A stretch of 63,295 nt of DNA, filler included, from Octopus bimaculoides (GCF_001194135.2; 9 parts of 8 records of this genome joined end to end with filler, not necessarily neighbours in it), one strand, 5' to 3'. Positions 1 through 12,783 are shown, numbered from the whole stretch's first letter. The notes: generated by a model from the letters alone, not told the origin. Numbers and translations are program-made.

Positions 1-444
1 ATATATATTTCTATATACGATTCACTGTCAAAATCGCGGACGTTCACATAGGTAGACATATATGAATGTATGCATGTATATATACATATATCGACAAATT
101 AAATCAATTAAAATGTTTACGAATTTCATTTCATCACATATCATAATATCAAATTAAAAGTAACATCAATTAAATTACAACTAAACTGATAATTCTTGCA
201 ACAATCTCAAAGTATATGATATTTGATTATATGTTTAAATAAGCATCAACACTTATAGGAATATAACACAACTTCTAGTCATATTAATTGCCCTTTCGTA
301 CCAATTTGTAGATGTTGATAAATATGATCGCGGTTTAGTTTTTACGTCTGCTTTTATTTGGGTATTTTATCTATCTCCGCCTGTCCACTAAATTATGGCT
401 TTGAACTTGTACCCATATGCAAAGCACAGTGGTATTTGAAGATA

Positions 445-481
<37 letters not shown>

Positions 482-601
482 ACAAACCGAAGAATTAAAA
501 GACATTCTCAGAACAATCAGGGTGAGAAGACGTGCAGTCATTGCTTCCATATGTGCGGAAGTCAGTGATTTAGCTATTGCCAACGTTCTAGATGTTGCAA
601 G

Positions 602-837
602 AAGGCTGCGAGCTGGTAGAATCGTTAGCACGCCGGGCGAAGTGCTTAACGATATTTCGTCTGTCTTTACGTTCTGAGTTCAAATTCCGCCGAGGTCGAC
701 TTTGCCTTTCATCCTTTCGGGGTCGATAAATTGAGTACCAGTTACACACTGTAGTCGATGTAATCAGCTTAATCCCTTTGTCTGTTCTTGTTTGTCCCCA
801 CTATGTTTAGCCACTCGTGGGCATAAAGAAAGAAGAA
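602..837 (+). mobile_element. SINE family A (tRNA-like head + conserved core + tail 1)
   Basis: A-box-like TGGTAGAATCGTTAG, B-box-like GAGTTCAAATTCC, core GCCTTTCATCCTTTCGGGGTCGATAAATTGAGTACCAG (resembles Deu/Nin-type SINE core from memory). More than 10 homologous copies in the window. Confidence 0.85.
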
Positions 838-1569
838 CATGTATACGTAAAGACCGGATGTAATTGTACATCTCTGGTGAGAATGTTGTAACTATCCCAA
901 ACATATAAAATGAATAGAAATATTCAAAATGTCAGGACGCTATATGGCTCCTTAATCCTTCCAAGGGTTTGAAACCAATGTTCATAAATATACTGTAAAA
1001 TCTATGAGGACTATCACCAAAGAAATACAGATGTCGTTGTAGATAGTATGTCGGTACTATCTACCCATTATGCAGACAGAATATTCTTTTCTTAACGACA
1101 TTAGAAAATTGCCAAATCTCATTTATTATTTCTTTACACGTTTGTTTTAATTTATGTTAACATAGTATCTCTTGCTGACCATATAACATTCATTTGACTG
1201 AGGCATTTTTGGCTTGATGAGTTGCTACCGAAATACCCCTCGTTGATTAATTACAACTTCTGAGGCGAGGAAACATATGCAGCTCGGATTTTACAGGGAG
1301 GAAACAGACTGTGTTTATGAAATCAGCCACTGGTTCAAATCTTCCCGAAGCGCAGAAGCTGAAAGTACTCCTCCACCGGAATATTCCAACAGATGGCCAT
1401 CCACTGTCATCATCAAATAATCAAAAGAAAAAAGAATGAAACATGGTGTAGGGAATATATATGAATACGTTTTTAAGGTCATCTATCAAACCATGTATTT
1501 CCCCACAAATAAATTTACTACTCAACAAAGCTATCTAAACTGGAGAAAGAAGCAGCTAGAAGTAAGACC

Positions 1570-3085
1570 CTAAAGAGACTGTAACAAACATACTATCGTC
1601 AGAAGAAACATTAAGAAAAAAAAATTACTAACTGATTTAGAGTTTGACCAAATTAAACAACCAGTAAGTAATATCGGGAACGAAGTTGCAGCTAAAGAAT
1701 ATACTGCAGAGGAAATAATTATTGACCCGCTCATGTCTGATGAAAATGCAATAATGTTAGAAAGAGTTAAAGTAACTTCGAAGACAAGTGGAATACTCTC
1801 TGAACCAACCACAAACACCAAGGCAAAAGAAAATCAAATTGATGAAGAAAGTCACACATAAATTAACCCAATTGTACTATATGATCTAAAAAATCAAATC
1901 ATGATTCAAAGTCTGAAAATTAAAGAAACCAGTATGAATGAACGTGACACTCTCTGAAACTTCGCAAATCTAACCAAAATCTGAAACTAATTGGCAAAAT
2001 CCGCCTTGCACTTAAGCATATACTTTCAGCTAATGATGTTGATATTACAGATCTCAACCACCTGTACTATACATCCGCGAAAATCTCAACGATTCTGTGA
2101 GGTGAAAAGATCAGAAAACGACTAACATTCCCACCTACTTAGCAAAAGAGAATTCAACACCGAATTCAGTTACTTGGGTCTCACATAGAATGTTTAAATA
2201 AACCTTATGTTTGACAAGACTATCAGACCAAGAAAGATCCTAAAAGTAAAGAGAAATTATATGAAAACCATAATTGACATCGATGCAACCATAGACACTA
2301 TCGAGCAAAGGGTATATGCTAAAGCTGTCCGCATAACAAGGTATGAAAATCGCGTTCCTAAGGCGATTTTTGAATGACATGTTCAACAATAACCCAAATT
2401 TGTTTTACAGGAAGATAGCGAAAATAACACTTACTGTTTTGCCTGTCCTATGAAAAGAAGAATGGCAAGAATTATGGAATAAAATTTTGGCAGAAGAAAA
2501 AAACACACAATATACAAGTCTCTTGGAATGATAGAATATCTACTGACTTTGAGTCCTTAGAAGAGCAAAAGTAGACGGGTTTCAAGGTAAAAGATGTAAG
2601 ATCTGCTGTCGGAAAGTCAAGAAAACGGACCTTTCCAGGAAAGGATAAAAATCCTAACTTCAGGTTGAATGCCTTCCCAGACAGTCATTAACTGCTAACA
2701 AAACTTTACAAAAAATGTATTCAACAACCTAGTATGATTTATCTTGGCTCGTTAAAGGCCTTACGTTCCTACCTTCAAATGATGAAGAAACAAATGAACC
2801 AAATAATACAGCTATATACCATTAGCTTTTTTTTAAAGTGGCTTATTCTCTAATGAGCAAAAAGAATGGAAACGTGCGTCCTATAGTTGTAAATATCACT
2901 ATTCCTCAATAAAATGAACTTGGAAGATTATCCCAAACGGCACAAATACTTGTTGATAGCATGCTTAGATTAAAAAAAAAGGCTTTAGATAGTCTATCAC
3001 ATAGCTGGGTTAAGATCTGCTTGGACATGTATAAAATAAAATCTACATTGTGAAACGTCTTGTCCGTGGGTATGAGAGAATTGAG
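1570..3085 (+). mobile_element. Degenerate R4/Dong-like non-LTR retrotransposon: N-terminal region and first RT motifs, with frameshifts and stops
   Basis: Manual translation gives DITDLNHLYYTSAK, EQRVYAKAVRITRYENR, FPGKDKNPNFRLNAF, SWLVKGLT, KKALDSLSHSWVKICLDMYKI. These match R4/Dong-type motifs (PG.D.I.NFWLK; WLT.G.T; KKAFDSVPHSWI). Confidence 0.75.
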
Positions 3086-3422
3086 AAGCACATAGACTTT
3101 TAACAGTGACTATGAATCTCTTGATGCTGGAGATATAAGAATGTAGTTTTCTGGTGTTATATATATTTTTCCTGAAGATGTGTAAATATTTTTTTATTTA
3201 TTAAGTCACTTAATGAATTCTTTCTACTGAAATATATATTGAAGAAGATAAATATGTTCATTTGAATATATGCGTGTTTGCGTCGTAACTCCTTTATTAT
3301 TAATAATATAAGCAAAGGATCGATTATTGAAGAGTCTACATACCTTCACTGTGGGTTTTTTCCTGCTATTTTGGTGATGATTTTTTGAGTTAGCTTACCA
3401 ATTATTTTTGTTGGTAGTTAAT

Positions 3423-3456
<34 letters not shown>

Positions 3457-3556
3457 NNNNNNNNNNNNNNNNNNNNNNNNNNNNNNNNNNNNNNNNNNNN
3501 TTAATTAATTAANNNNNNNNNNNNNNNNNNNNNNNNNNNNNNNNNNNNNNNNNNNN

Positions 3557-3932
3557 TCCCACCATCGATTGACCACCGATGGTGGTGGTTTACGTTCTCG
3601 GCAAAAGAGACGATAGAATAAGTACTAGGCTTACAAAGAATAAGTCCTGGGGTCGATTTGCTCGACTAAAGGCGGTGCTCCAGCATGGTCACAGTCAAAT
3701 GACTGAAACAAGTAAAAGAGTAAATTTGTGTCTGTATTTGTCCCTCTACGATCACTTGACACCCGATGTTGGTGCGTTTACGTTCCTGTCACTTAGCCGT
3801 TCGGCAAATTGAGACCGATACAATAACTACAAGGCTTACAAAGAATAGGTCCTGGGGTAGATTTGTTTCGACTAAAGGCGGTGCTCCAGCACGGCCGTAG
3901 TCAAATGTCCTAAAGAAGTAAAAGAATAAAAC
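3557..3932 (+). mobile_element. SINE family B 3' part, tandemly duplicated
   Basis: Two consecutive copies of ...GAGACCGATAGAATAAGTACTAGGCTTACAAAGAATAAGTCCTGGGGTCGATTTG..CGACTAAAGGCGGTGCTCCAGCA..., homologous to 4380-4530, 25720-25880 and 44020-44208. Confidence 0.8.
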
Positions 3933-4139
3933 AATACGCGCAACTGAGAGAAGTCCCAAGTGTATATTCCATTCGATAATCTCTATAGCAAGTAGCTGGC
4001 CTCTGTCGATTATAAACAGATATTAACATCGATTTATCCTGGAGATGAGACAATAAAAGTCTAGCAATGTAGGCGAGATGGAACTTTATTGTCCAAAGTA
4101 ATCGGTAAATAAGTTTTGTTTAAATATCAATGAAATAGG

Positions 4140-4530
4140 CGAGTGGGTGGCTTTGTGGTAAGAAGTTTACTTCACAGCAACGGTTTCGGGTTTACTCCTA
4201 CTGCCTGGCACTCAGGCGGATACTTTCTACAATAGACTTAGGCCAACCAAACCCTTCCGATTGGATTCGGTAAACAGAATTTGAAGGAAGCCTGTCATAT
4301 GTGTGTGTGTGTGTGTGTGTTCGCGCGCGCGCGTATATACATGAACGTATGCATGCGTATGTGACTTTGAGTATGTGTTTGTCCCCCACCATTGCTTGGC
4401 AACCGGTGATGGTTTGTTTATGTATCGGTTACTTAACGTATAGAATTAATGCCAAGTTTAAAACCATGAATATTGGGCTTGACTCATTTGACTGAAAGTT
4501 TTCCAGGCGGTGCCCCAGAGTGGCGACATT
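4140..4530 (+). mobile_element. SINE family B, full-length and degenerate
   Basis: Pol III-like head (GTGGCTTTGTGGTAAGAAGTTTACTTC...CGGGTT), internal (TG)n, shared 3' part. Confidence 0.75.
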
Positions 4531-4884
4531 GGAATGACAAAGCACACAACACCAGAGTCTCCGAGAATTGATGAGCAGCGTAATGCTTCATGAATAAATG
4601 GTGCAATGTCGTTCGCTATCAATTAATTATCCATGACTATTCAAGAAAATAAACATGGAAATTTAGGGAAGAAGTAGAGGAATTATAAGTGGAAGAATTA
4701 TAACATTATATTAGAAGTAATTTGTTTTACAAAAGTATAGCCTAGGCTAGGGTGCGTCCTATGCACTTGTGCGTTCCTATAGGCCATCATCAAATATGGT
4801 GTTTTCCAATATTCCATAAAATATCTCATTAAAAACTGCAGCCAATCTAACAATAATTCAAATATATTATTAATTATTGAGCAA

Positions 4885-5325
4885 ATAGGCGCAGTGGTGA
4901 TTGTGTGGTAAAAAACATCTTGCATCGCAACTGCATGGTTACGGGCACACCTATCGACATTCTGAAAGTGACTTCTACTATAGCCTCGGGCCGACCAGAC
5001 ACTTATGAGTGGATTTACTTGACAGAAAGGGTTCCGCCGTTGTATGTGTGTGGCGATTTTGTGCATGTACTTCTATGTATGTGTGTGTGTGCATGTGTGA
5101 ATTTTTGTGTGTGTGAATGCGTCTTTCTTTCTGAGTCTGCCTCCCCACCACCACTACCGCTTCACAACCGGTATAGGCATGTTTATGTCCCCGTAACTTA
5201 CTGGCTTCAAAAATGTAGCCGGCTTAAAACATGTAAGTACTTCGGTCGATTCATTCAACTAAAATTTCTTCCAGACGGTTCCCTAGCACGCTCGCAGTCT
5301 AATGGCTGAAGCAACTAAAGACAAA
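4885..5325 (+). mobile_element. SINE family B, full-length and degenerate
   Basis: Head GTGATTGTGTGGTAAAAA, GTGACTTCTACTATAGCCTCGGGCCGACC, (TG)n, 3' part. Confidence 0.75.
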
Positions 5326-5625
5326 AACAGTATCTCAAAGAAAGATAGCTATAAACATAAGAAACGGCTTATTTGTGTAATTCTGTTTGTTATCACTTCG
5401 TCTTGTACCTCGTGGGTGTTATATCATATAATCAATTTCTTTGACATTACAATTTTTTTATGAACTAATATCAAAATTAATATATCAATGACATGTTTAT
5501 ACAGTTTGTGGAATAAAGTCGAAAAGTTGTCTTTTGCTCTATTATCATAACTCAAAGGTTATCATGAGTTCAATAAATGTCAGTTTCAAAATTGGAAGCT
5601 TGTTATTATATATAGTGTAGCATCA

Positions 5626-5760
5626 GGTGTGGCTGTGCGGTAAGAAGCTTGCTTCCCAACCACATAGTTCCGGGTTCAGTCACACTGCCTAGAATTTTGG
5701 GCAAAGGCCTTCTACTGTAACTTTGTTTCCGGCCAAAGCCTTCTGAGCAGATTTTTATGA
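5626..5760 (+). mobile_element. SINE family B 5' part, immediately upstream of the mariner insertion
   Basis: GTGGCTGTGCGGTAAGAAGCTTGCTTCCCAACCACATAGTTCCGGGTTCAGTC. Confidence 0.8.
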
Positions 5761-5782
5761 ATAAGTCATACATGAATTCATA

Positions 5783-6573
5783 TAAGGTTTGATCAAAAAG
5801 TATCCGGATTGTTGCCATAGTAACGAACTTAAAGCATGTAGAGTAAAGTCGCTTGGCACTCGCTGACGTTCTAGGTTACTTCCGCCTTTTACAGCAGTCC
5901 TTGGAAGGAAGTTATGTAGCGTGTGATCGTCTCATTGATCATGGAAGAGAAAGTTGTCATAGCGATACCTGCTCACAGGCCTACTCAAATTTGCAGAAAG
6001 TGTATGGAGAGGAGTGTATGGACTGCACACGTTTATGAGTGGTTCAGACGTTTCCAAAATGGAACCAGAAGAACTGAGAAATACATCGCAGATATGCGGG
6101 AAAACAACGAATCACCATACGTGAACTACCAGAGGATGTGCAGATCAGTTGAGTCCATTATCAATGAACATTTGGGTATGAGACGCATGTCTACCAAGTT
6201 TGTGCCAAAACTGCTTTCAGCTAACCAAAAAGGCATTCGGGTTACATTTGCACAATTTCTCCTTGATTGTATCGAGAACGATAAAAACTTTTCGAAAACT
6301 TTGCATAGGCCTCTGAACAGGTATCGCCAAGCTTTTGGCAAAATGTGATGAAGATTCTCCGTTCAACTTTCTCTTTCATGTTCAATACAACGATCACACG
6401 CTACACATCTTCGTTCTATGCACTGCTGTATACAGCGGGAGTTAGCTAGAACGTTAATACTTAGTGCACATGCACAACAAAAGTCAAAGTCAACCTCTTC
6501 CAAGCGGCTGATCTTTCCGTGCTTTAATTTCGTGACTATAGTTAGAATCCGGATACTTATTGATCAAACCACA
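5783..6573. mobile_element. Non-autonomous mariner relic made of two inverted 5' halves
   Basis: TIRs GGTTTGATCAA(A/T)AAGTATCCGGATT at both ends, each flanked by TA. Plus-strand HTH fragments: AYSNLQKVYGEECM, YEWFRRFQNG, LGMRRMSTKFVPKLL. Minus-strand N-terminus MKEKVERRIFITFCQKLGDTCSEAYAK starts at 6379. Confidence 0.85.
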
Positions 6574-7882
6574 TATGTATGTGTTTGTCTTTATGTTATG
6601 CACCTTATTTAGCGAGGCATCTAAAAAGAAAATTATGAAGTGTATTTACAATAATTACAAATATGTCATCACTTTTCTGAACTGGGTTGTATTCGTGAAG
6701 ATAGTGCGTTTTAGCTACCATGCCTCCTGTGAAATATAGACACCTGCTACTCTCGTTGTATAAAGGGCAGACAGAGTCGAATGTGGATTAACATTTCTCA
6801 ATGTATCATCATTAAAGCTGTTGATATTCGAAAGCAGCTGAGATGTTTAGAATATAAATGCATTCGATTTGATTACACAGAATTTCTTCAGTCACCGATA
6901 TATACAATAAAAAATAAGTTATAGACATGAATTTGTATAACAATTATCGATATATTTCCAAATTACAAAAAGAAGTATAGTAAGAAATTCAGGGAGACAG
7001 AGACAAACAGATAGAAATTTAGAATCTCCATAAAGAAATCATAAAGAAATAAAGAGTTACATAAAAGAGAATAAACAAGTTTAAACAAATAATACAAAGC
7101 ATAAGTACTGTTAACAGAAGACGTCACTTGTGAATAAAATAAAGTAACGTTTTCAATTAAATCTATAATATATTCTACATCATTGCCAGACACGATCAAG
7201 TTTGACATGATAATGTTTCAAATAGTTGTGTATTTAGCCATAAAACATTCATAGGGGTTTATATATATATCTAATTGCTAGAAATAAAATCGCGTGAAAT
7301 ATTATCGTGGCCAGCTAAAGTCTCATAACACATTAGACATTTGTCTCAGTATAGAAGACCTAATTCTACTTTCCAAATAATTCTTCGTATTTGATGTATT
7401 ATATTTCATTGTATTAATACTGTAAATCTAATATATTTCACTTATATTTTCTTATAGTTTTAATCTAAACCTGATGTCTCTTTGGCAGTGAAATGAAGAA
7501 CGGGAAAAGTTTCTGTTATGATTGTGAAAAGTTTGGATCTTCGGCGTTTGACGTGAGGATTTTGTTGATTCGTCAACGGAATTATGTTCTTCTCAATGAT
7601 TATTGAAGTTGCCGTGTGCTCTATAGACACATATTTTCTTAGTATGGACATCAGGTAGAATCAGTGTGACTATGTTTGACAAAACAGACTTTGAAATGCA
7701 GATATAAACTCCTAGACGGACATCACTGCTGTTTAGCCAGCAATAGAACAGACCAAGGTATGGCTCGACCCGGGGGTATAGAAAACAGAAATTACGATGG
7801 TATCGAACTAAGTACTTCAAGATTACTAATGGCATTTCCTTATCATTCAGCCATACAGCATTCACTAGTTGTGAGGTTTTTG

Positions 7883-7950
<68 letters not shown>

Positions 7951-7975
7951 CCTATCTACCTACCTACCTATCTAC

Positions 7976-8021
<46 letters not shown>

Positions 8022-8022
8022 C
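7883..8022. repeat. (TCTA)n tetranucleotide microsatellite running into a gap
   Basis: Direct inspection. Confidence 0.95.
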
Positions 8023-8897
8023 CNNNNNNNNNNNNNNNNNNNNNNNNNNNNNNNNNNNNNNNNNNNNNNNNNNNNNNNNNNNNNNNNNNNNNNNNNNNNN
8101 NNNNNNNNNNNNNNNNNNNNNNNNNNNNNNNNNNNNNNNNNNNNNNNNNNNNNNNNNNNNNNNNNNNNNNNNNNNNNNNNNNNNNNNNNNNNNNNNNNNN
8201 NNNNNNNNNNNNNNNNNNNNNNNNNNNNNNNNNNNNNNNNNNNNNNNNNNNNNNNNNNNNNNNNNNNNNNNNNNNNNNNNNNNNNNNNNNNNNNNNNNNN
8301 NNNNNNNNNNNNNNNNNNNNNNNNNNNNNNNNNNNNNNNNNNNNNNNNNNNNNNNNNNNNNNNNNNNNNNNNNNNNNNNNNNNNNNNNNNNNNNNNNNNN
8401 NNNNNNNNNNNNNNNNNNNNNNNNNNNNNNNNNNNNNNNNNNNNNNNNNNNNNNNNNNNNNNNNNNNNNNNNNNNNNNNNNNNNNNNNNNNNNNNNNNNN
8501 NNNNNNNNNNNNNNNNNNNNNNNNNNNNNNNNNNNNNNNNNNNNNNNNNNNNNNNNNNNNNNNNNNNNNNNNNNNNNNNNNNNNNNNNNNNNNNNNNNNN
8601 NNNNNNNNNNNNNNNNNNNNNNNNNNNNNNNNNNNNNNNNNNNNNNNNNNNNNNNNNNNNNNNNNNNNNNNNNNNNNNNNNNNNNNNNNNNNNNNNNNNN
8701 NNNNNNNNNNNNNNNNNNNNNNNNNNNNNNNNNNNNNNNNNNNNNNNNNNNNNNNNNNNNNNNNNNNNNNNNNNNNNNNNNNNNNNNNNNNNNNNNNNNN
8801 NNNNNNNNNNNNNNNNNNNNNNNNNNNNNNNNNNNNNNNNNNNNNNNNNNNNNATAAACAACAAACAGATGTATTAGTTTAACGCGCGGGAAGTGAG

Positions 8898-8928
8898 AAC
8901 GTTTCGAGCAAACACTTTTCGACAGAAA
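8898..8928 (-). ncRNA. Degenerate minimal hammerhead-ribozyme-like motif (CUGUCGA core variant)
   Basis: Minus strand: UUU CUGUCGA A AAGU GUUU GCUC GAAA CG UU. Palindromic AACGUU at helix III; helix II imperfect; helix I 3' strand missing. Confidence 0.35.
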
Positions 8929-9875
8929 GGGACACAGAAATAAACAAGGAGAGAAAATAGAAAGAGGTTTAGTGGCTAGCGATCTATCATGGCGAATGCC
9001 GGACATATATATACTTACTTAAGTTTCAGACAGAAATAGGCCACTCCATGTCCAACTAAATTGCATCGCCAGGAAAAGACACTAAATGAATTTTCGCATT
9101 AGTCAAATTTTGGTCACCCTACCCAATTGGTGTAAAGAATTACCGTTTACGGAAATATATACACGTGAAGGTGATACAATGAGAATTTATGGGTGATAAG
9201 TCCGCAGGAAACATGCGTGTGTATGTGCGCGCGTGTGTGCATGTGTGTTTATGTGTGTGTGTTTATTTATTATAGACAAACACACACATATAAGCGTATA
9301 TCTAGATATACCTACGTATATTTATATATACGTGTGTATAGTTGCTACCTACGCGTGTCTGAACGGTTGTTGGCTTTGTACCTGTTTACAAAATTATGAT
9401 TTGGTGCACACATAGAAACGTAGACACAAACACACTTAGATTATTTCTTCCTACAGAACATTTGTGAGGTCATTAATGTTGAATGGTGCTATCAAATGAT
9501 TACATAAAACACATCCTTAGATTTTCATCAACTAGTAAGACGTGTACGGACATCTGATAACATAAAACTTTAATTCACCACGTACCAATCATTAGTTTAA
9601 AATTGACCTTTATTGCTTAATTTTAGCTTCCATTTCAACGTACGGTAATATTTTTTTTCGAAAAACGAATTAATTTATTAATGGTGATGAAAAACATGAA
9701 ATTATTCCCATAATTATTAACTCCTCATCATTACTGCCTCCGCAGTTAAGTTTTCACCGTTATATATATATATACATACATNNNNNNNNNNTATATATAT
9801 ACATATATGTATATATGTATGTGCGTGTACGTGTGTCTGCCTGTCTGTATATATGTGTGTGTCTGTGTTTATGGG

Positions 9876-10395
9876 GGAGGATGGAGGAGGATATCGACTC
9901 TTTAATTGTTTTTCTAAAATGCACCATAAATGTTCAATAATATTGAGATCTGGGGACTGTGGTGGCCAGATAAGATGCTCAACTTCACTAGAATATTCCT
10001 CGTGCCGTTCAGTAGCAACTTTAGCTGTATGAATTGGTGCATTATCATCCTGAATGATTGAATTTCTCTTCTGAAACAGTTTCGCAACCATAGGATGAAT
10101 TTGATCAGATAAAATGCTTCGATAGTCTTGACTATTAATTCTGCAATGAAGGGAAACCAATGGGCCGGCGGATTTCCAATAGATAGTCCCCCAAAACATC
10201 ATAGGTCGTCCTCCACGTTTAATAGTTGGAAGAAGGCAGTCTGGGTGAAATGCTTCTTTTGGCTGTCTCCACACATATACGCGGCCGGTGGTCGGAAATA
10301 AAGTAAAGGATGACTCGGCCGAGAAAATAACATACTTCCACTGCTCTAGTGACCAATTCTGTAGGTTTTTACTCCACTCTAAACGCTTTGCAACC
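9876..10395 (-). mobile_element. Tc1-like transposase catalytic-domain fragment (DD36E spacing, first Asp mutated to Ala)
   Basis: Open frame ...WKYVIFSAESSF...GRVYVWRQP...MFWG...QDDNAPIHTAK...WPPQSPDLNIIEHLW. 36 residues lie between the second D and the E. Confidence 0.9.
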
Positions 10396-10495
10396 NNNNN
10401 NNNNNNNNNNNNNNNNNNNNNNNNNNNNNNNNNNNNNNNTTAATTAATTAANNNNNNNNNNNNNNNNNNNNNNNNNNNNNNNNNNNNNNNNNNNN

Positions 10496-10545
10496 TGATG
10501 ATGATGATGATGATGGTGATGGTGATGATGATGGTGATGATGATG

Positions 10546-10577
<32 letters not shown>

Positions 10578-10808
10578 GGTGATGATGGTTACGACGACGA
10601 TGATGATGACAATGATGACGATGACAGCAATGAGGGTGATGATGATGATGATGATGATGATAATGACGACGATGATGATGATGATGACGATGATGACGAT
10701 GACAGCGACGAGGGTGATGATGATGATGATGATGTTAATGATGATGTTCGATGCTGATGATAAAGACACGATGACGGTGATGACGACGACGACGACGACG
10801 ACCATGAT
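10496..10808. repeat. (ATG)n/(ACG)n degenerate trinucleotide repeat
   Basis: Direct inspection. Explains the spurious poly-Met and poly-Ile ORFs. Confidence 0.95.
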
Positions 10809-10934
10809 GCAAACTAAAAGTTTGGACGTTGAAGGATGAGGGAATAATTGGAGAAGAGGCAAGAGACGACGAAGAATTACTCAGTGATGACATTTCAACG
10901 AAATTACCATTTCCTCAACACTCAGACATAAATT

Positions 10935-11610
10935 AAAGGCAGCGAGCTGGCAGAACCGTTAGCACGCCGGGCGAAATGCTTTGCGGTATTTCGTCTGTCC
11001 TTACGTTCAGAGTTCAAATTCTGCCGAGGTCGACTTTGTCTTTCATCCTTTCGGGGTCGATAAATTAAGTAGCAGTAACGCACTGTGAGTCGATGTAATC
11101 GACTTAATCCCTTTGTCTGTCCTTGTTTGTCCCCTCTATGTTTAGCCCCTTGTGGGCAATAAAGAAATAAGAAATGATAGCACGCTGAACGAAATGCTTA
11201 GAGGTATTTCGTCTGTCTTTACGTTCTGAGTTCAAATTCCGCCGTGGTCGACTTTGCCTTTCATCCTTTCGAGATCGATAAAATAAGTACCAGTTGAGCA
11301 CTAAGGTTTATGTAATCGACTTAGCTCCCACCCACAAAATTACTGGCCTTGTGCCAAAATTTGAAATCAATGATATTACCATTCCGTGCAAAAAGGTGGC
11401 GGGGTGGCAGACTCGTTAGGACGCCGGACAAAATGCTCAACAGCATTTCGTCCATCTTTACGGTCTGAGTTCAAATTCCGCCGAGGCCGACTTTGCCTTT
11501 TATCCTTTCGGGATCGATAAAATAATTACCAGTTAAGCAGTGGGGTCGATGTGATCAACTTACCCCGTCTCCCGATCTTGCTGGCCTTGTGTCAAGATTT
11601 GAAACCATTA
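10935..11610 (+). mobile_element. SINE family A cluster: dimer (head-core-tail1 / truncated head-core-tail2) plus a monomer with tail 2
   Basis: Three consecutive GTTCAAATT..GCCG..GTCGACTTTG cores, with units at about 10935, 11175 and 11392. Confidence 0.85.
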
Positions 11611-11749
11611 TTTTGAACCGCAAGGATTATGTTAGAGTATTTTTCTCTATTGGCAACAAATCTTGAAATAAAACTGAATTGAAGACCATGTCTATCGACA
11701 CATATATGTGTATGTAATATATATTCACATACGAACATATAGGAACGTG

Positions 11750-11750
11750 T

Positions 11751-11804
<54 letters not shown>

Positions 11805-11974
11805 CTTTCTCTCTCTGTCAGTCTGTCTATCTATCTGTCTATCTGTCTACCTACCTACCTACCTACCTATCTGTCTGCTTGCCTGCCTGCCTGCCTGTCT
11901 GCCTGTCTCTCTGTGTCTATCTATCTATCTGTCTGTATGTCTGTCTGTCAGTCTATCTATCTGTCTGTCTGTCA

Positions 11975-12016
<42 letters not shown>

Positions 12017-12049
12017 GTATATCTGTCTGTCTGTCTATCCGTCTGACTC

Positions 12050-12088
<39 letters not shown>

Positions 12089-12119
12089 ATGTATCTATCT
12101 CTCTCTCTCTCTCTCTATG

Positions 12120-12163
<44 letters not shown>

Positions 12164-12200
12164 ACTATCTATCTGTCTATCTATCTATCTATCTATCTAT
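11750..12200. repeat. Compound microsatellite (TCTA)n/(TCTG)n/(CCTG)n/(TC)n
   Basis: Direct inspection. Confidence 0.95.
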
Positions 12201-12740
12201 GCAAAGACACTCACTCACAGAGAGAGAGAGAGAGGCAGACAGTTACACATACAGGGATATGACTAATGAAGAGTGGCAACCCTCACTCCACTCCCCCGTC
12301 CCGATTCCCAGCCCCATAAAACAATCCAGTAGGAAGAAAGAAGGAAAGAAAGAAAGCAGAAAAGGATTAGAAAAGCTACTGGAAGAAGAACAACAACNNN
12401 NNNNNNNNNNNNNNNNNNNNNNNNNNNNNNNNNNNNNNNNNNNNNNNNNNNNNNNNNNNNNNNNNNNNNNNNNNNNNNNNNNNNNNNNNNNNNNNNNNNN
12501 NNNNNNNNNNNNNNNNNNNNNNNNNNNNNNNNNNNNNNNNNNNNNNNNNNNNNNNNNNNNNNNNNNNNNNNNNNNNNNNNNNNNNNNNNNNNNNNNNNNN
12601 NNNNNNNNNNNNNNNNNNNNNNNNNNNNNNNNNNNNNNNNNNNNNNNNNNNNNNNNNNNNNNNNNNNNNNNNNNNNNNNNNNNNNNNNNNNNNNNNNNNN
12701 NNNNNNNNNNNNNNNNNNNNNNNNNNNNNNNNNNNNNNNN

Positions 12741-12783
<43 letters not shown>

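Noticed and set aside
602-690. tRNA-like sequences at the heads of SINE A, B and C
   Set aside because: A/B-box similarity only; each is fused to a SINE body, decayed, and lacks a complete cloverleaf.
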